Source of the DNA: Elusimicrobiota bacterium
GTDB taxonomy: Bacteria > Elusimicrobiota > Elusimicrobia > Elusimicrobiales > UBA9959
Assembly: GCA_036574205.1 (NCBI GenBank)
Contig: JAINCQ010000017.1
Coordinates: 1-64,000 of the forward strand
DNA: 64,000 nucleotides
Reading direction: 5' to 3'
Positions 1 through 9,369 of this stretch are shown here, one piece after another. Numbering within the stretch: position 1 is the first letter of the stretch; every line of letters starts with the position of its first letter. Position numbers and translations under genes: made by a program. The notes beneath the pieces were generated by a model that did not search any database, had not been told where the DNA came from, and saw only the letters and a program-made list of their open reading frames with translations.

Positions 1-136
1 TGCGTGCAACGCACAGGCAGATTTGATATACTATAATATTGAGAGACCGCATAAATCATTGAATATGAAAGCGCCATTAGAGTTAATTTTAAAAGATAAA
101 ATGTCGCAAATGTGTGTAACTCATACATTTTCTTGA
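1..136 (+). mobile_element. 3' end of an IS481/IS3-like integrase-core transposase, truncated by the window edge
   Basis: Frame 2 reads ...LIYYNIERPHKSLNMKAPLE...MSQMCVTHTFS* (TGA 134-136). YNxxRPHxSL is the typical C-terminal motif of rve/DDE transposases. The sequence ...AACTCATACA ending at 127 fits an IS481-type ACA terminus. Confidence 0.6.
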
Positions 137-161
137 CAATTTTAAAATATATTTGTAATAT
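133..161 (+). promoter_or_regulatory. sigma70-type promoter of gdhA
   Basis: TTGACA (133-138), 17-nt spacer, TAATAT (156-161); RBS AAGGAGG at 197-203. Confidence 0.6.
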
Positions 162-209
162 GAGTTATGATAGGCATAGCTTATCTAAAAAACTATAAGG
201 AGGCATATC

Positions 210-1577
210 ATGACAGTAGCTTCAAAAAGCAGTGTTCAGGAATACTTAAACAATGTATTATCAAATGTTAAAATTAAAAATCCTGGAGAAAAAGAGTTTC
301 ATCAGGCTGTTGAAGAAGTTCTTATTACTTTGGGCCCTACCCTTGAAAGACATCCGGAATATATTAAGGCAAAGATAGTAGATAGAATAGTGGAACCAGA
401 AAGAGTTGTTATGTTTAGAGTTTTGTGGCAGGATGATAAGGGGGAGATTCACATCAATAAGGGGTTCAGAGTGCAGTTTAATAGCGCTATAGGACCATAC
501 AAGGGAGGACTTAGATTCCATCCTTCTGTTAATTTAAGTATATTAAAATTTTTAGGCTTTGAGCAAATTTTTAAAAATTCGCTAACAACTCTTCCAATGG
601 GTGGTGGGAAGGGTGGATCTGATTTTGATCCAAAAGGAAAAAGCGATAATGAAATTATGAGATTCTGTCAGTCATTTATGTCTGAGTTGTTCAGGCATAT
701 AGGCCCGGACACAGATGTCCCAGCTGGAGATATTGGAGTTGGTGGAAGAGAAATTGGATATCTTTTTGGGCAGTATAAAAAGTTAGTAAATGAATTTACA
801 GGAGTTTTAACTGGAAAAGGTATTACCTGGGGAGGGTCTTTGATAAGACCTGAGGCAACTGGTTTTGGTGTCGTCTACTTTGCTCAGGAAATGCTAAAAA
901 CTCGAGGAACTGATTTTAATAAAAAGAGAGTGGCAATATCTGGTTTTGGAAATGTTGCCTGGGGAGCTGCTATAAAAGCAAATGAACTTGGAGCTAAAGT
1001 TGTTACAATATCAGGTCCTGATGGATATATATATGATGAGGATGGAATAAGTGGCGAAAAGATCGATTATATGCTTAAAATGAGAGCAAGTGGAAGGGAT
1101 GAAGTTAAAATGTATGTTGAAAAGTTTCCAAAAGCTAAATTCTATGCAGGTAAAAAACCATGGGAGGTTAAGGTTGATGTAGCACTTCCATGCGCTACGC
1201 AAAATGAACTTGATGAAGATAGTGCAAAAGAACTTGTAAAAAATGGTTGTATATGTGTATGTGAAGGCGCTAATATGCCTTCAACTCCGCAGGCTATTGA
1301 AGTTTTTAAAGCTGCAAAAATACTTTATGCCCCGGGAAAAGCTGCCAATGCTGGTGGAGTTGCAACCTCCGGACTTGAGATGTCTCAGAATAGCATAAGA
1401 ATGAGCTGGTCAAGGGAAGAGGTTGATAGACACCTCAAGAATATAATGGTCAATATACATAATACCTGTCTTAGAACAAGCGAAGAATATGGTGTTAAAG
1501 GCGATTATGTAACAGGAGCGAATATTGCTGGATTTATGAAGGTTGCTGATGCTATGATGGCTCAGGGTATTGTGTAA
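210..1577 (+). CDS. gdhA: NADP-specific glutamate dehydrogenase
   Basis: GPYKGGLRFHPSV, GGGKGGSDFDPKGKS, DVPAGDIGVG, RPEATGFG, GFGNV motifs; strong RBS. Confidence 0.97.
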   Translation: MTVASKSSVQEYLNNVLSNVKIKNPGEKEFHQAVEEVLITLGPTLERHPEYIKAKIVDRIVEPERVVMFRVLWQDDKGEIHINKGFRVQFNSAIGPYKGGLRFHPSVNLSILKFLGFEQIFKNSLTTLPMGGGKGGSDFDPKGKSDNEIMRFCQSFMSELFRHIGPDTDVPAGDIGVGGREIGYLFGQYKKLVNEFTGVLTGKGITWGGSLIRPEATGFGVVYFAQEMLKTRGTDFNKKRVAISGFGNVAWGAAIKANELGAKVVTISGPDGYIYDEDGISGEKIDYMLKMRASGRDEVKMYVEKFPKAKFYAGKKPWEVKVDVALPCATQNELDEDSAKELVKNGCICVCEGANMPSTPQAIEVFKAAKILYAPGKAANAGGVATSGLEMSQNSIRMSWSREEVDRHLKNIMVNIHNTCLRTSEEYGVKGDYVTGANIAGFMKVADAMMAQGIV

Positions 1578-1608
1578 AACAGGATATTACTTGACTAAAA
1601 TCTTAACG

Positions 1609-1641
1609 ACCGCCGCATGAGAATGCGGCGGTTTTATTTTT
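1609..1641 (+). terminator. Rho-independent terminator of gdhA
   Basis: ACCGCCGCAT-GAGA-ATGCGGCGGT 10-bp stem followed by a T-rich tract. Confidence 0.85.
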
Positions 1642-1681
1642 ATAGATTTATATTTTTTTATAAAACAGGTAAAATATAATT

Positions 1682-4588
1682 ATGGAAATATCGGGAGCTG
1701 AAGTTTTTGAAAGGTTAATGCCTAAAAGGCTTAAAAAAGTTTTGTTGGTTGCTTCTATTTATGATTCTTTTTTATTCGCAGATGATGAAATGCTTTCTGA
1801 GGTTTTCTTTGAGCATAATATTACAACTGAAGAACATTTCAAAATAACAAGAGCAAAAAATCCAATAGATGCGATTAATTATCTTGAAAATGATGATTAT
1901 GATGTAGTTATATCTATGGTTCAAAGCGCTGAGTATAACATGGATGACTTTATACTATCAATAAAAAAGATAAAGAATATTCCCATTGTTATACTTTCTT
2001 CAAGCTTGCAGGATATAAATTTTTTAAGCGACAGTGTTAAAGAAAAGGTTGATGGGATTTTTTTATGGCAGGGCAACACTAAAATATTTTCTTCTATAAT
2101 AAATCTTCTTGAAGATAGAATTAACTTAAAGCATGATCTAAGCTTTGGGGTTCAATGCGTTTTACTGGTAGAGGATAATATAAAATTTTATTCAATGTAT
2201 CTTCCCATAATATATCATGAACTTATAAAGCAGATGCATATTGTCATGTCTGATGAATTAAACCTTGCAAGAAAGGTGTTAAGAATGAGAGCAAGACCAA
2301 AGATATATCTTGCTAAAAATTATGAAGATGCGTGGGAGATATTTGATAAACATTCCAATAATCTGCTTGGTGTAATCACTGATGTGGAGTATCCAATTTC
2401 CCAGAAAACAGATGAAAAAGCTGGATTGTTGCTTGCAAAAAAAGTAAAAGAAAAAATAGTAGATATGCCTGTTTTGATACAATCCTCAAATCAAGCTTAT
2501 GAGCCTATAGCTCTTAAGATGGGAGCTTCTTTTTTGAATAAAAACTCTCCTGATATATCAAAACAAATAAGAGGGTTTATCCAGAGATATTTTGGTTTTG
2601 GAGAGTTTGTTTTTGACGACGGAAACGGAAATGAAATAGCCAGGGCGCAGGATCTTCTTTCAATGATAAAAGTTCTTAAAATAATACCTGACAAATCAAT
2701 ACTTTATCATGCTTCAAGAAATCATTTTTCAAAATGGCTTCTTGCAAGAACAGAATTTGACATAGCTTATAAGATAAAGCCAAAGAAGATAGAAGAATTT
2801 AAAAATGCGTCTGAAATAAGAAATTATTTAATAGAAACCATTCATCAGTTTATGTATAAAACGCAGCTTGGTAGCATATTGAAATTTGATAAAAATAAAT
2901 ATGAAAGCGACATGCCATTTGCCAAAATAGGATATGGTTCAATAGGAGGAAAAGCAAGGGGGCTTGCTTTTGTTGACTATTTAATAGGCAAAGGAGTGAT
3001 AAAAGAGAGGTTGAATGGTATTGAGATAAAAACCCCAAATTCTGTAGTTATTGGCACGGATGTTTTTGATTTTTTTATAGAGCATAATAATCTTGCGACT
3101 TTTTTAAACGGCAGGTATTCTGATGAAGAATTAGCAAAGATATTTGAAAATGTGAATCTTCCTGATTATGCTTTAAGGGATATATCTGCTTTAATGGATA
3201 AGATGAAAGGTCCTATTGCCATAAGATCATCATCTCTTCTTGAGGATTCAAAAAATTGCCCTTTTGCGGGTATATATAAAACTTATATGTTTCCAAATTT
3301 AAAAAATGAGCGCAATAACGTTAAGATTGTTGAAAAAATAATAAAATATATATACGCATCCACTTTTTCTAAGGAAGCTGTTGAGTTTAGAAGATCCAAT
3401 CCTCATATACCTGATGAGGAAAAAATGGCAGTTATAATTCAATCGGTTGTGGGAAGAGAGTATATTAAGGGTTATTATTTTCCACTTATTTCTGGCGTGT
3501 TACAATCGTATAATTTTTATCCTGTTAAGCCTTTAAATCCTTCAGATCCCATAGTTCATATGGCAATGGGGCTTGGAGAGGCTGTGGTTAGTGGAAGATA
3601 TTTTTTGAGATATTCTCCGGCATATCCCGATAATATACATCAATTTGCTACAATTGATGATATTTTGAAAAATTCTCAAAAAAAATTTATGGCATTATCA
3701 TTAAATAAAAATGATCTAATAGGATATGAAAAAAATTCTTTTATTGAAGAAAAGGATATTAACTCAGTGGAGTTAAGTGATGAAATGTTATCTCTCTTTT
3801 CTTCCTATATACCTGATGACGATAAAATCGTTGATTATTATTCAAAAGACAGAATAAATATTCTGACATTTTTCCCGATAATAAAAAACAATTTAGTCAG
3901 ATTAAATGATACCTTGCTTGAAATATCAAGAATATCTTCTGATGCTATAGGTGGTAATGTGGAAATAGAATTTGCCCTTAATATGGATAAACAGAATAAC
4001 TTTGTTGAATTAAACATACTTCAGATAAGACATTTTGCCAGTAAAATTGTTGGAAAAAAATCTGAGATAAACGTTGATGGTAAGGATAAATTGATTTTTT
4101 CAAAAAATGTTATTGGAAGTTCTTATTTAAAAACAATAAAAGATGTTGTTTTTGTAAAAAAAGAAAGTTTCACAAATCTTAAAACCACAGATATAGCTAA
4201 AGAAATAGGGACTGTAAATGGAATTTGCAAGGAAAAAAATTGTGAATATTTGCTTATAGGTCCTGGTCGCTGGGGAACAAGCGACGAGCATCTTGGAATT
4301 CCAGTAAAATGGAATGAGATTTCAATGGCTAAAGTTATAGTAGAGTCTGTTTATGATTCTTTTAATGTAGCGCCATCCTATGGCACTCATTTTTTTCATA
4401 ATATAATAGCTATGTCTATACCATATATTTCTATCACCGGTTCTAATGACTTTATAAAATGGGATTTGCTTAATATTGCGCAAACTATGTATGAGACGGA
4501 TTATGTCAGATGGGTTAGATTTAAAAATCCGCTTGAGATATTTGTTGAAACAGGAGAGGGTTTTGTTCTTGTCGGGAGGCAGTTATGA
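1682..4588 (+). CDS. Receiver-domain / PEP-pyruvate-binding (PPDK_N) fusion protein
   Basis: Two REC-like regions (VLLVED...TDVEYP...LIQSS...FLNK), then PPDK_N motifs IGGKARGL, AIRSSSLLEDS, FAGIY, MAVIIQ, GLGEAVV, IEFA, LQIR; C-terminal GPGRWG and GTHFFHN. Confidence 0.8.
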   Translation: MEISGAEVFERLMPKRLKKVLLVASIYDSFLFADDEMLSEVFFEHNITTEEHFKITRAKNPIDAINYLENDDYDVVISMVQSAEYNMDDFILSIKKIKNIPIVILSSSLQDINFLSDSVKEKVDGIFLWQGNTKIFSSIINLLEDRINLKHDLSFGVQCVLLVEDNIKFYSMYLPIIYHELIKQMHIVMSDELNLARKVLRMRARPKIYLAKNYEDAWEIFDKHSNNLLGVITDVEYPISQKTDEKAGLLLAKKVKEKIVDMPVLIQSSNQAYEPIALKMGASFLNKNSPDISKQIRGFIQRYFGFGEFVFDDGNGNEIARAQDLLSMIKVLKIIPDKSILYHASRNHFSKWLLARTEFDIAYKIKPKKIEEFKNASEIRNYLIETIHQFMYKTQLGSILKFDKNKYESDMPFAKIGYGSIGGKARGLAFVDYLIGKGVIKERLNGIEIKTPNSVVIGTDVFDFFIEHNNLATFLNGRYSDEELAKIFENVNLPDYALRDISALMDKMKGPIAIRSSSLLEDSKNCPFAGIYKTYMFPNLKNERNNVKIVEKIIKYIYASTFSKEAVEFRRSNPHIPDEEKMAVIIQSVVGREYIKGYYFPLISGVLQSYNFYPVKPLNPSDPIVHMAMGLGEAVVSGRYFLRYSPAYPDNIHQFATIDDILKNSQKKFMALSLNKNDLIGYEKNSFIEEKDINSVELSDEMLSLFSSYIPDDDKIVDYYSKDRINILTFFPIIKNNLVRLNDTLLEISRISSDAIGGNVEIEFALNMDKQNNFVELNILQIRHFASKIVGKKSEINVDGKDKLIFSKNVIGSSYLKTIKDVVFVKKESFTNLKTTDIAKEIGTVNGICKEKNCEYLLIGPGRWGTSDEHLGIPVKWNEISMAKVIVESVYDSFNVAPSYGTHFFHNIIAMSIPYISITGSNDFIKWDLLNIAQTMYETDYVRWVRFKNPLEIFVETGEGFVLVGRQL

Positions 4589-5601
4589 AAAAATACAAAA
4601 TTTCTAAAGATAACAGATTGCTGCTTCAAAAAACTGCAAGAACTTTGTATTTAAGTTTTTCCATACTCCCGGCTTATGTTAAGTATATGCTTTCTTCTGG
4701 ATATCTTGTAGCAAGAGCTATGGATAGCGTTGTTGATTGTGAGGATATACCAGTTGAGGAAAAAGAAAAATTTTTAATTGCTTTTAAAAAACATTGTGAG
4801 GGTAATTTTAGTCAAAAAATTCATTCATTAAAGCCACAATATCTTTCAAAACTTGAAAAATGGGAAAGAAAACTTGTTGAAAATATAGATGAAATAGCCA
4901 GAGAATTCTGGCTAAATATGGATGAAGAAGATAAGAAGAACTTCATTTTTTTGATTGATGGAATTTTTAAAGGAATGATGATGGATATAAAAAACTTTAA
5001 TATAACTGATAGAATTTCGTCTTTTAAAAGTTTTAAAGATCTTATAAGATATGCAGGACTTATAGGCGGCACTCCAGCAGTCTACTGGCATAATATCTAT
5101 AAAAAATATATGCCTGATGTATATAAAAACAATGTATTGAGATCTTCTTACAGGATAGGTATGGCGTTACAATTAACTAATATACTGAAAGATATTTATG
5201 TTGATCTAAGAAAAGGAAGGTGTTATATCCCACAAGAATTTTTAAATAGCGCTGGGTTTAGCGAGGTAGATCTTCTTGACTACAAAAATATTGATCGTAT
5301 CAAACCTTTTATTAATTCTATTATTTTGACCTGTGTTGATTATTTTGATGAATCTGAGTTTTTTATAGACTCTATTAAAGCCAGCGAATTTGCTTTGAAA
5401 ATATCTCTTATCTGGCCTATTTATTGGGCAATGGATTCCTTATATCTTGTGGCTGCAAAAAATCCATTGAAATCGAGAATAAAAATAGGTAGATTAAAGA
5501 TATACAAGACTTTGGTAAAATCTCCGCTTTTGTTAAATCCTACTTTTTTTCATCAAGGGTACAGATTCAGGAGAGAAACGCTCATACTTGAGATAAGATG
5601 A
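4585..5601 (+). CDS. Squalene/phytoene synthase family protein
   Basis: ARTLYLS, RAMDSVVD (DxxxD), QLTNILKDIYVDLRKGRCYIP; ATGA overlap with the upstream gene. Confidence 0.8.
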   Translation: MKKYKISKDNRLLLQKTARTLYLSFSILPAYVKYMLSSGYLVARAMDSVVDCEDIPVEEKEKFLIAFKKHCEGNFSQKIHSLKPQYLSKLEKWERKLVENIDEIAREFWLNMDEEDKKNFIFLIDGIFKGMMMDIKNFNITDRISSFKSFKDLIRYAGLIGGTPAVYWHNIYKKYMPDVYKNNVLRSSYRIGMALQLTNILKDIYVDLRKGRCYIPQEFLNSAGFSEVDLLDYKNIDRIKPFINSIILTCVDYFDESEFFIDSIKASEFALKISLIWPIYWAMDSLYLVAAKNPLKSRIKIGRLKIYKTLVKSPLLLNPTFFHQGYRFRRETLILEIR

Positions 5602-5602
5602 T

Positions 5603-5631
5603 TTGTAACTTATGTTACATAAAGGTATAAT
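5603..5631 (+). promoter_or_regulatory. Promoter with palindromic operator over the -35 box
   Basis: TTGTAA (5603-5608), 17 nt, TATAAT (5626-5631); perfect inverted repeat TGTAAC-TTAT-GTTACA at 5604-5619. Confidence 0.5.
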
Positions 5632-5774
5632 AATACTTATAGTGTGTAAAAGACTAAATTATAATGAAGGATTATATATTTTTTAGTTCTATAAAAATAT
5701 TTTAAGTTTTTTAAATAACTATGATATATTTGGTGTTAGAACTTCTGATTTCAGTTCGCAAGATTATATAGCAT

Positions 5775-7457
5775 ATGAATAATAAGTTTAGTAATTTATC
5801 ATTCAGTTCAAAAAGGTTATTTTCTTTCTTTTTTATTTTTTTATTTTTTCTGATTTTATCGTTTTATGCATTTTCGGCGGAATACAAAGTTGAAGGTTTT
5901 GTTTTTGATTTTGATGACGGGTGGAACATTGTAAAAAGCAGGGATCCACAGTCAGTTCTAAAGATAGAAAAAAATGGCTCATCAGTTGAGTTTATTAAAA
6001 TGGATGATGAACTTTCTGATTTTTACCTTAATTCAAGATTACAGGAGCAGAGAAATGTCCTTATTAATAAAGGCATTAAACCTTCCGATATAAAAACCAC
6101 TTCAATTCATTTTGTTTCAAAAGCTTATTATTTTTATTATGAGGATAGAAAAACAAATATTGTTTCGCTTTTTACATATGGGGGGGTAACTTATAATCTT
6201 TTTGCTACTGGTTTAAGCGAGGAATCTTTTAAAAAAATTATTTTTAGCTTTAGAAAGGAAGGTGAAAAGATAGAAATTAAGTCTCAAAAACCAAAACCTA
6301 AACCTGTTGCAAAAAAAATTAAAAAGATTCCTGAAGAGAGTTTTGTAAGTTACGTTTCCATAAGTGATTCCACGGCATCTGTTGTCTCTGTTTCAACACC
6401 GACGAATGTTGATGTTGTAATTTCATCAATCACTACAGATATAATAGAAGAAAAAACTCCAGAAATTTCATCAGCTCAGCCATCACAGAGTATCTTAAAA
6501 GAACCAGTAAAAAGTGATAAGAGCGATTTAATAACATCAATAGATTTAATGATCAAAAATGCAAATAAGAAAACGATTGCAAAACGAAAACCATTAGATA
6601 AATATATAATGCTTGTAATTTTAGTAATATATGTTATTTTAAATATAATTTTAAGATGGAAGTTTTCAAAATATTCAAATCCTAAGATAAAACCATATCC
6701 TAAGGAAATGCCTCCTGATTTCCTTTTTCCGTTCATAATAACAAAGATAGAGAGTGCTAATGAGACAATGTATCAGATAATAACAAGAACAAATCAGTTC
6801 CTTTCTGCTCATTTTAATCATAACTATAAAAAATATAACAAATGGGGAATATATGGTATTTTGATTATTCATATACTATGGAGTTTAGGTGAATTTATAA
6901 GGGAGGGATTTTTTGCTGCAATAATACTTTCTTTTCCTCTTGGAAATTATGTTCTCTCTTTTGTGGAAGTTCCTTTTGTGGTAATGATTATTTTTTCTTT
7001 GTTCCTGAAATATAGAGAGAATCAGAAAGTGGTAGTCTCGGATTCACAGATGAATACTTTGTGTGAGGTCATTAAGAGTAAAAATGGTTTTGTCGTAAAG
7101 GATGCTAAGGGACGGGATGTTATTAAAGTATTAAAGGCTGGAAATTATTTTAAGAGAGTATGGAATTGTTTTAATGAAGATGACCAGCTCATACTAACGA
7201 TAAAGGACGATCTTCCCCAGATATGGGTATGGATTAAGCTTCTTGGAAATAAATTTATGAAGAAGAGGTGTTACTATAGTGCCTATGGCGATAACAATAA
7301 TAGGATAGGATTTTTATTTCTTGATTTAAATTCTATAAATGGTTATCAGGTTCATTTTGATTATGATTATTTTAGATTGGTAAATTCTATACATTTAGTT
7401 TCAATCTTTCTTTATATAATTTCAGTAGAAAAAGAAGAAAATATTCTATTTTTTTAA
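5775..7457 (+). CDS. Hypothetical membrane protein (signal peptide, low-complexity linker, about 3 TM segments)
   Basis: 560-aa ORF with hydrophobic N-terminus, K/P/S-rich linker and internal hydrophobic helices; no family recognised. Confidence 0.7.
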   Translation: MNNKFSNLSFSSKRLFSFFFIFLFFLILSFYAFSAEYKVEGFVFDFDDGWNIVKSRDPQSVLKIEKNGSSVEFIKMDDELSDFYLNSRLQEQRNVLINKGIKPSDIKTTSIHFVSKAYYFYYEDRKTNIVSLFTYGGVTYNLFATGLSEESFKKIIFSFRKEGEKIEIKSQKPKPKPVAKKIKKIPEESFVSYVSISDSTASVVSVSTPTNVDVVISSITTDIIEEKTPEISSAQPSQSILKEPVKSDKSDLITSIDLMIKNANKKTIAKRKPLDKYIMLVILVIYVILNIILRWKFSKYSNPKIKPYPKEMPPDFLFPFIITKIESANETMYQIITRTNQFLSAHFNHNYKKYNKWGIYGILIIHILWSLGEFIREGFFAAIILSFPLGNYVLSFVEVPFVVMIIFSLFLKYRENQKVVVSDSQMNTLCEVIKSKNGFVVKDAKGRDVIKVLKAGNYFKRVWNCFNEDDQLILTIKDDLPQIWVWIKLLGNKFMKKRCYYSAYGDNNNRIGFLFLDLNSINGYQVHFDYDYFRLVNSIHLVSIFLYIISVEKEENILFF

Positions 7458-7484
7458 TTTCTTAATTTGACTTTTGGAGGCTTT

Positions 7485-8579
7485 ATGAAAACTATAGCGA
7501 TTTTAACCGGTGGTGGAGATTGTCCCGGTTTAAATGCTGTAATCAGGGCTGTTTCCAAATCTGCTTTAAAAAAAGGGTATAAGGTTATAGGGTTTAAAGA
7601 TGGGTTTAAAGGATTTATAGAAAATGATTTTATTGAAATTGATGATAAGTTTGTTTCTGGAATAATAAATAAAGGTGGAACTATTCTTGGAACAAGTAAT
7701 ATAGCAAATCCATTTGAGTATAGAATTGAACCTTATGGAACTCCAGCCAATCCAGCAGATCTTTCTCAAAGAGTAAAGGAGATCTTTGATGAACATAAAA
7801 TTGATTGTCTTATTACAATTGGGGGAGATGGGACGCAAAATATATCTTATAAAATAAGTCAAATGGGTTTACCTGTCATAGGCGTTCCAAAAACTATAGA
7901 TAATGATTTATCCTCTACAGATTATACATTTGGGTATGATACGGCGCTTACGATTGCAACAGAGGCAGTTGACAGGGTCCACACAACTGCCGAGTCTCAC
8001 GATAGAGTTTTAATAGTTGAGACAATGGGAAGGTATGCTGGATGGATAGCGCTTAGAGCTGCAATTGCCGGTGGTGGAGATATAGTTTTAATTCCTGAGA
8101 TAGAATATGTTCCTGATGATATTATAGCTTATATAAAACAAAGAAGAGCAAAAGGTAAATTGTTTTCTATTGTAGTTGTAGCTGAAGGTGCGAAAGAGAA
8201 AGGGGGAGAGGTTACAGTAAGTAAAATAGTTGATAAATCCACAGATCCATTTAGACTTGGGGGAGTTTCATATAAAATAGCAGATTTGATAGAAAAAAAC
8301 ACCTGTTTTGAAGCGCGTGTGGTTGTCCTTGGACATCTTCAAAGAGGCGGAAGCCCCACCCCCTTTGATAGATGGCTTTCAACATGTTTTGGGGCAAAGG
8401 CGATAGAAATTTTTGAAGAAAAACGTTTTGGAAAAATGGTTGCTATTAAAGGACAGGATTTTGTGGATGTGGATTTAAAAGATGCTGTTGGTTCTTTAAA
8501 AAGAGTGGATCCTGCTTCTTTTGAGGTAAAATCTGCTTTAAATGTCGGGATGAGTTTTGGAAACTCGAAGGTGTTATGA
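7485..8579 (+). CDS. pfkA: 6-phosphofructokinase (PfkA family, mixed-substrate group)
   Basis: TGGGDCPGLN, GGTILGT, IGGDGT, PKTIDND, ETMGR, LGHLQRGG; start moved to ATG 7485 after GGAGG. Confidence 0.93.
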   Translation: MKTIAILTGGGDCPGLNAVIRAVSKSALKKGYKVIGFKDGFKGFIENDFIEIDDKFVSGIINKGGTILGTSNIANPFEYRIEPYGTPANPADLSQRVKEIFDEHKIDCLITIGGDGTQNISYKISQMGLPVIGVPKTIDNDLSSTDYTFGYDTALTIATEAVDRVHTTAESHDRVLIVETMGRYAGWIALRAAIAGGGDIVLIPEIEYVPDDIIAYIKQRRAKGKLFSIVVVAEGAKEKGGEVTVSKIVDKSTDPFRLGGVSYKIADLIEKNTCFEARVVVLGHLQRGGSPTPFDRWLSTCFGAKAIEIFEEKRFGKMVAIKGQDFVDVDLKDAVGSLKRVDPASFEVKSALNVGMSFGNSKVL

Positions 8580-9301
8580 GAAAATACATTTATGGAATAA
8601 ACACTGTAGAAGAAGCTTTGCTAAATTCTAAAAGAAAGATATATCGCCTTATAGTGGAAAATACCCTTGGAAGTAAGCTTATTCACATTATAAAGTTGGC
8701 TAATAAAAAAAATATAAGTGTCCAATTTTCTCCAGCCAAAATTCTGGATAAACTCACAAAACAGGCAAATCACCAGGGGGTTATTGTTGAGATAGATGAT
8801 GTATATTATTATTCAGTTGATGAAGCTATTTTAAATGAAGATTTTAAAAAAGCAAAGTGGCTTGCTATTGATTCAATAACAGATCCGCAAAATTTTGGAA
8901 GCATAATAAGAACTGCGGTCTGTCTTGGATTTTCAGCTATAATTTTTAGTGAAAATAGAAATTGCCAGATAACTCCCGGTGTTGAAAAGATAGCCTGTGG
9001 GGCGGTTGAGAAAATAAAATTTATAAAAGTCGTCAATCTAAATCAAACTATTATTTACCTGAAATCAAAAAATTTTTGGGTTTATGGAGCGGACATAAGA
9101 GGAAAAGATATAAGGAATGTTAATTTTAATTTTCCTCTGGTTATAATTTTTGGATCAGAAGGAGAGGGGATGAGGGAAAAAACAAAAGAACATTGCGATG
9201 AGCTTATTAGAATTCCTCAGGTTTTAGATTTTGATAGCCTTAATGTTTCTGTCGCTGCTGGGATAATTATGTATGAAATTAGTAAATACAATAAAACATA
9301 A
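8576..9301 (+). CDS. rlmB: 23S rRNA (Gm2251) 2'-O-methyltransferase, SpoU family
   Basis: NHQGV, DPQNFGSIIRT, GSEGEGM, SLNVSVAAGI. Confidence 0.9.
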   Translation: MRKYIYGINTVEEALLNSKRKIYRLIVENTLGSKLIHIIKLANKKNISVQFSPAKILDKLTKQANHQGVIVEIDDVYYYSVDEAILNEDFKKAKWLAIDSITDPQNFGSIIRTAVCLGFSAIIFSENRNCQITPGVEKIACGAVEKIKFIKVVNLNQTIIYLKSKNFWVYGADIRGKDIRNVNFNFPLVIIFGSEGEGMREKTKEHCDELIRIPQVLDFDSLNVSVAAGIIMYEISKYNKT

Positions 9302-9319
9302 TCCCTTTCATAACGACCC

Positions 9320-9347
9320 TTGACAAAATCTTTTTTCCTGCTAAAAT
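9320..9347 (+). promoter_or_regulatory. sigma70-type promoter of the 9370 gene
   Basis: TTGACA 9320-9325, TGcTAAAAT extended -10 at 9339-9347, RBS AAGGAGG 9356-9362. Confidence 0.6.
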
Positions 9348-9369
9348 AATATTATAAGGAGGTCAATCT

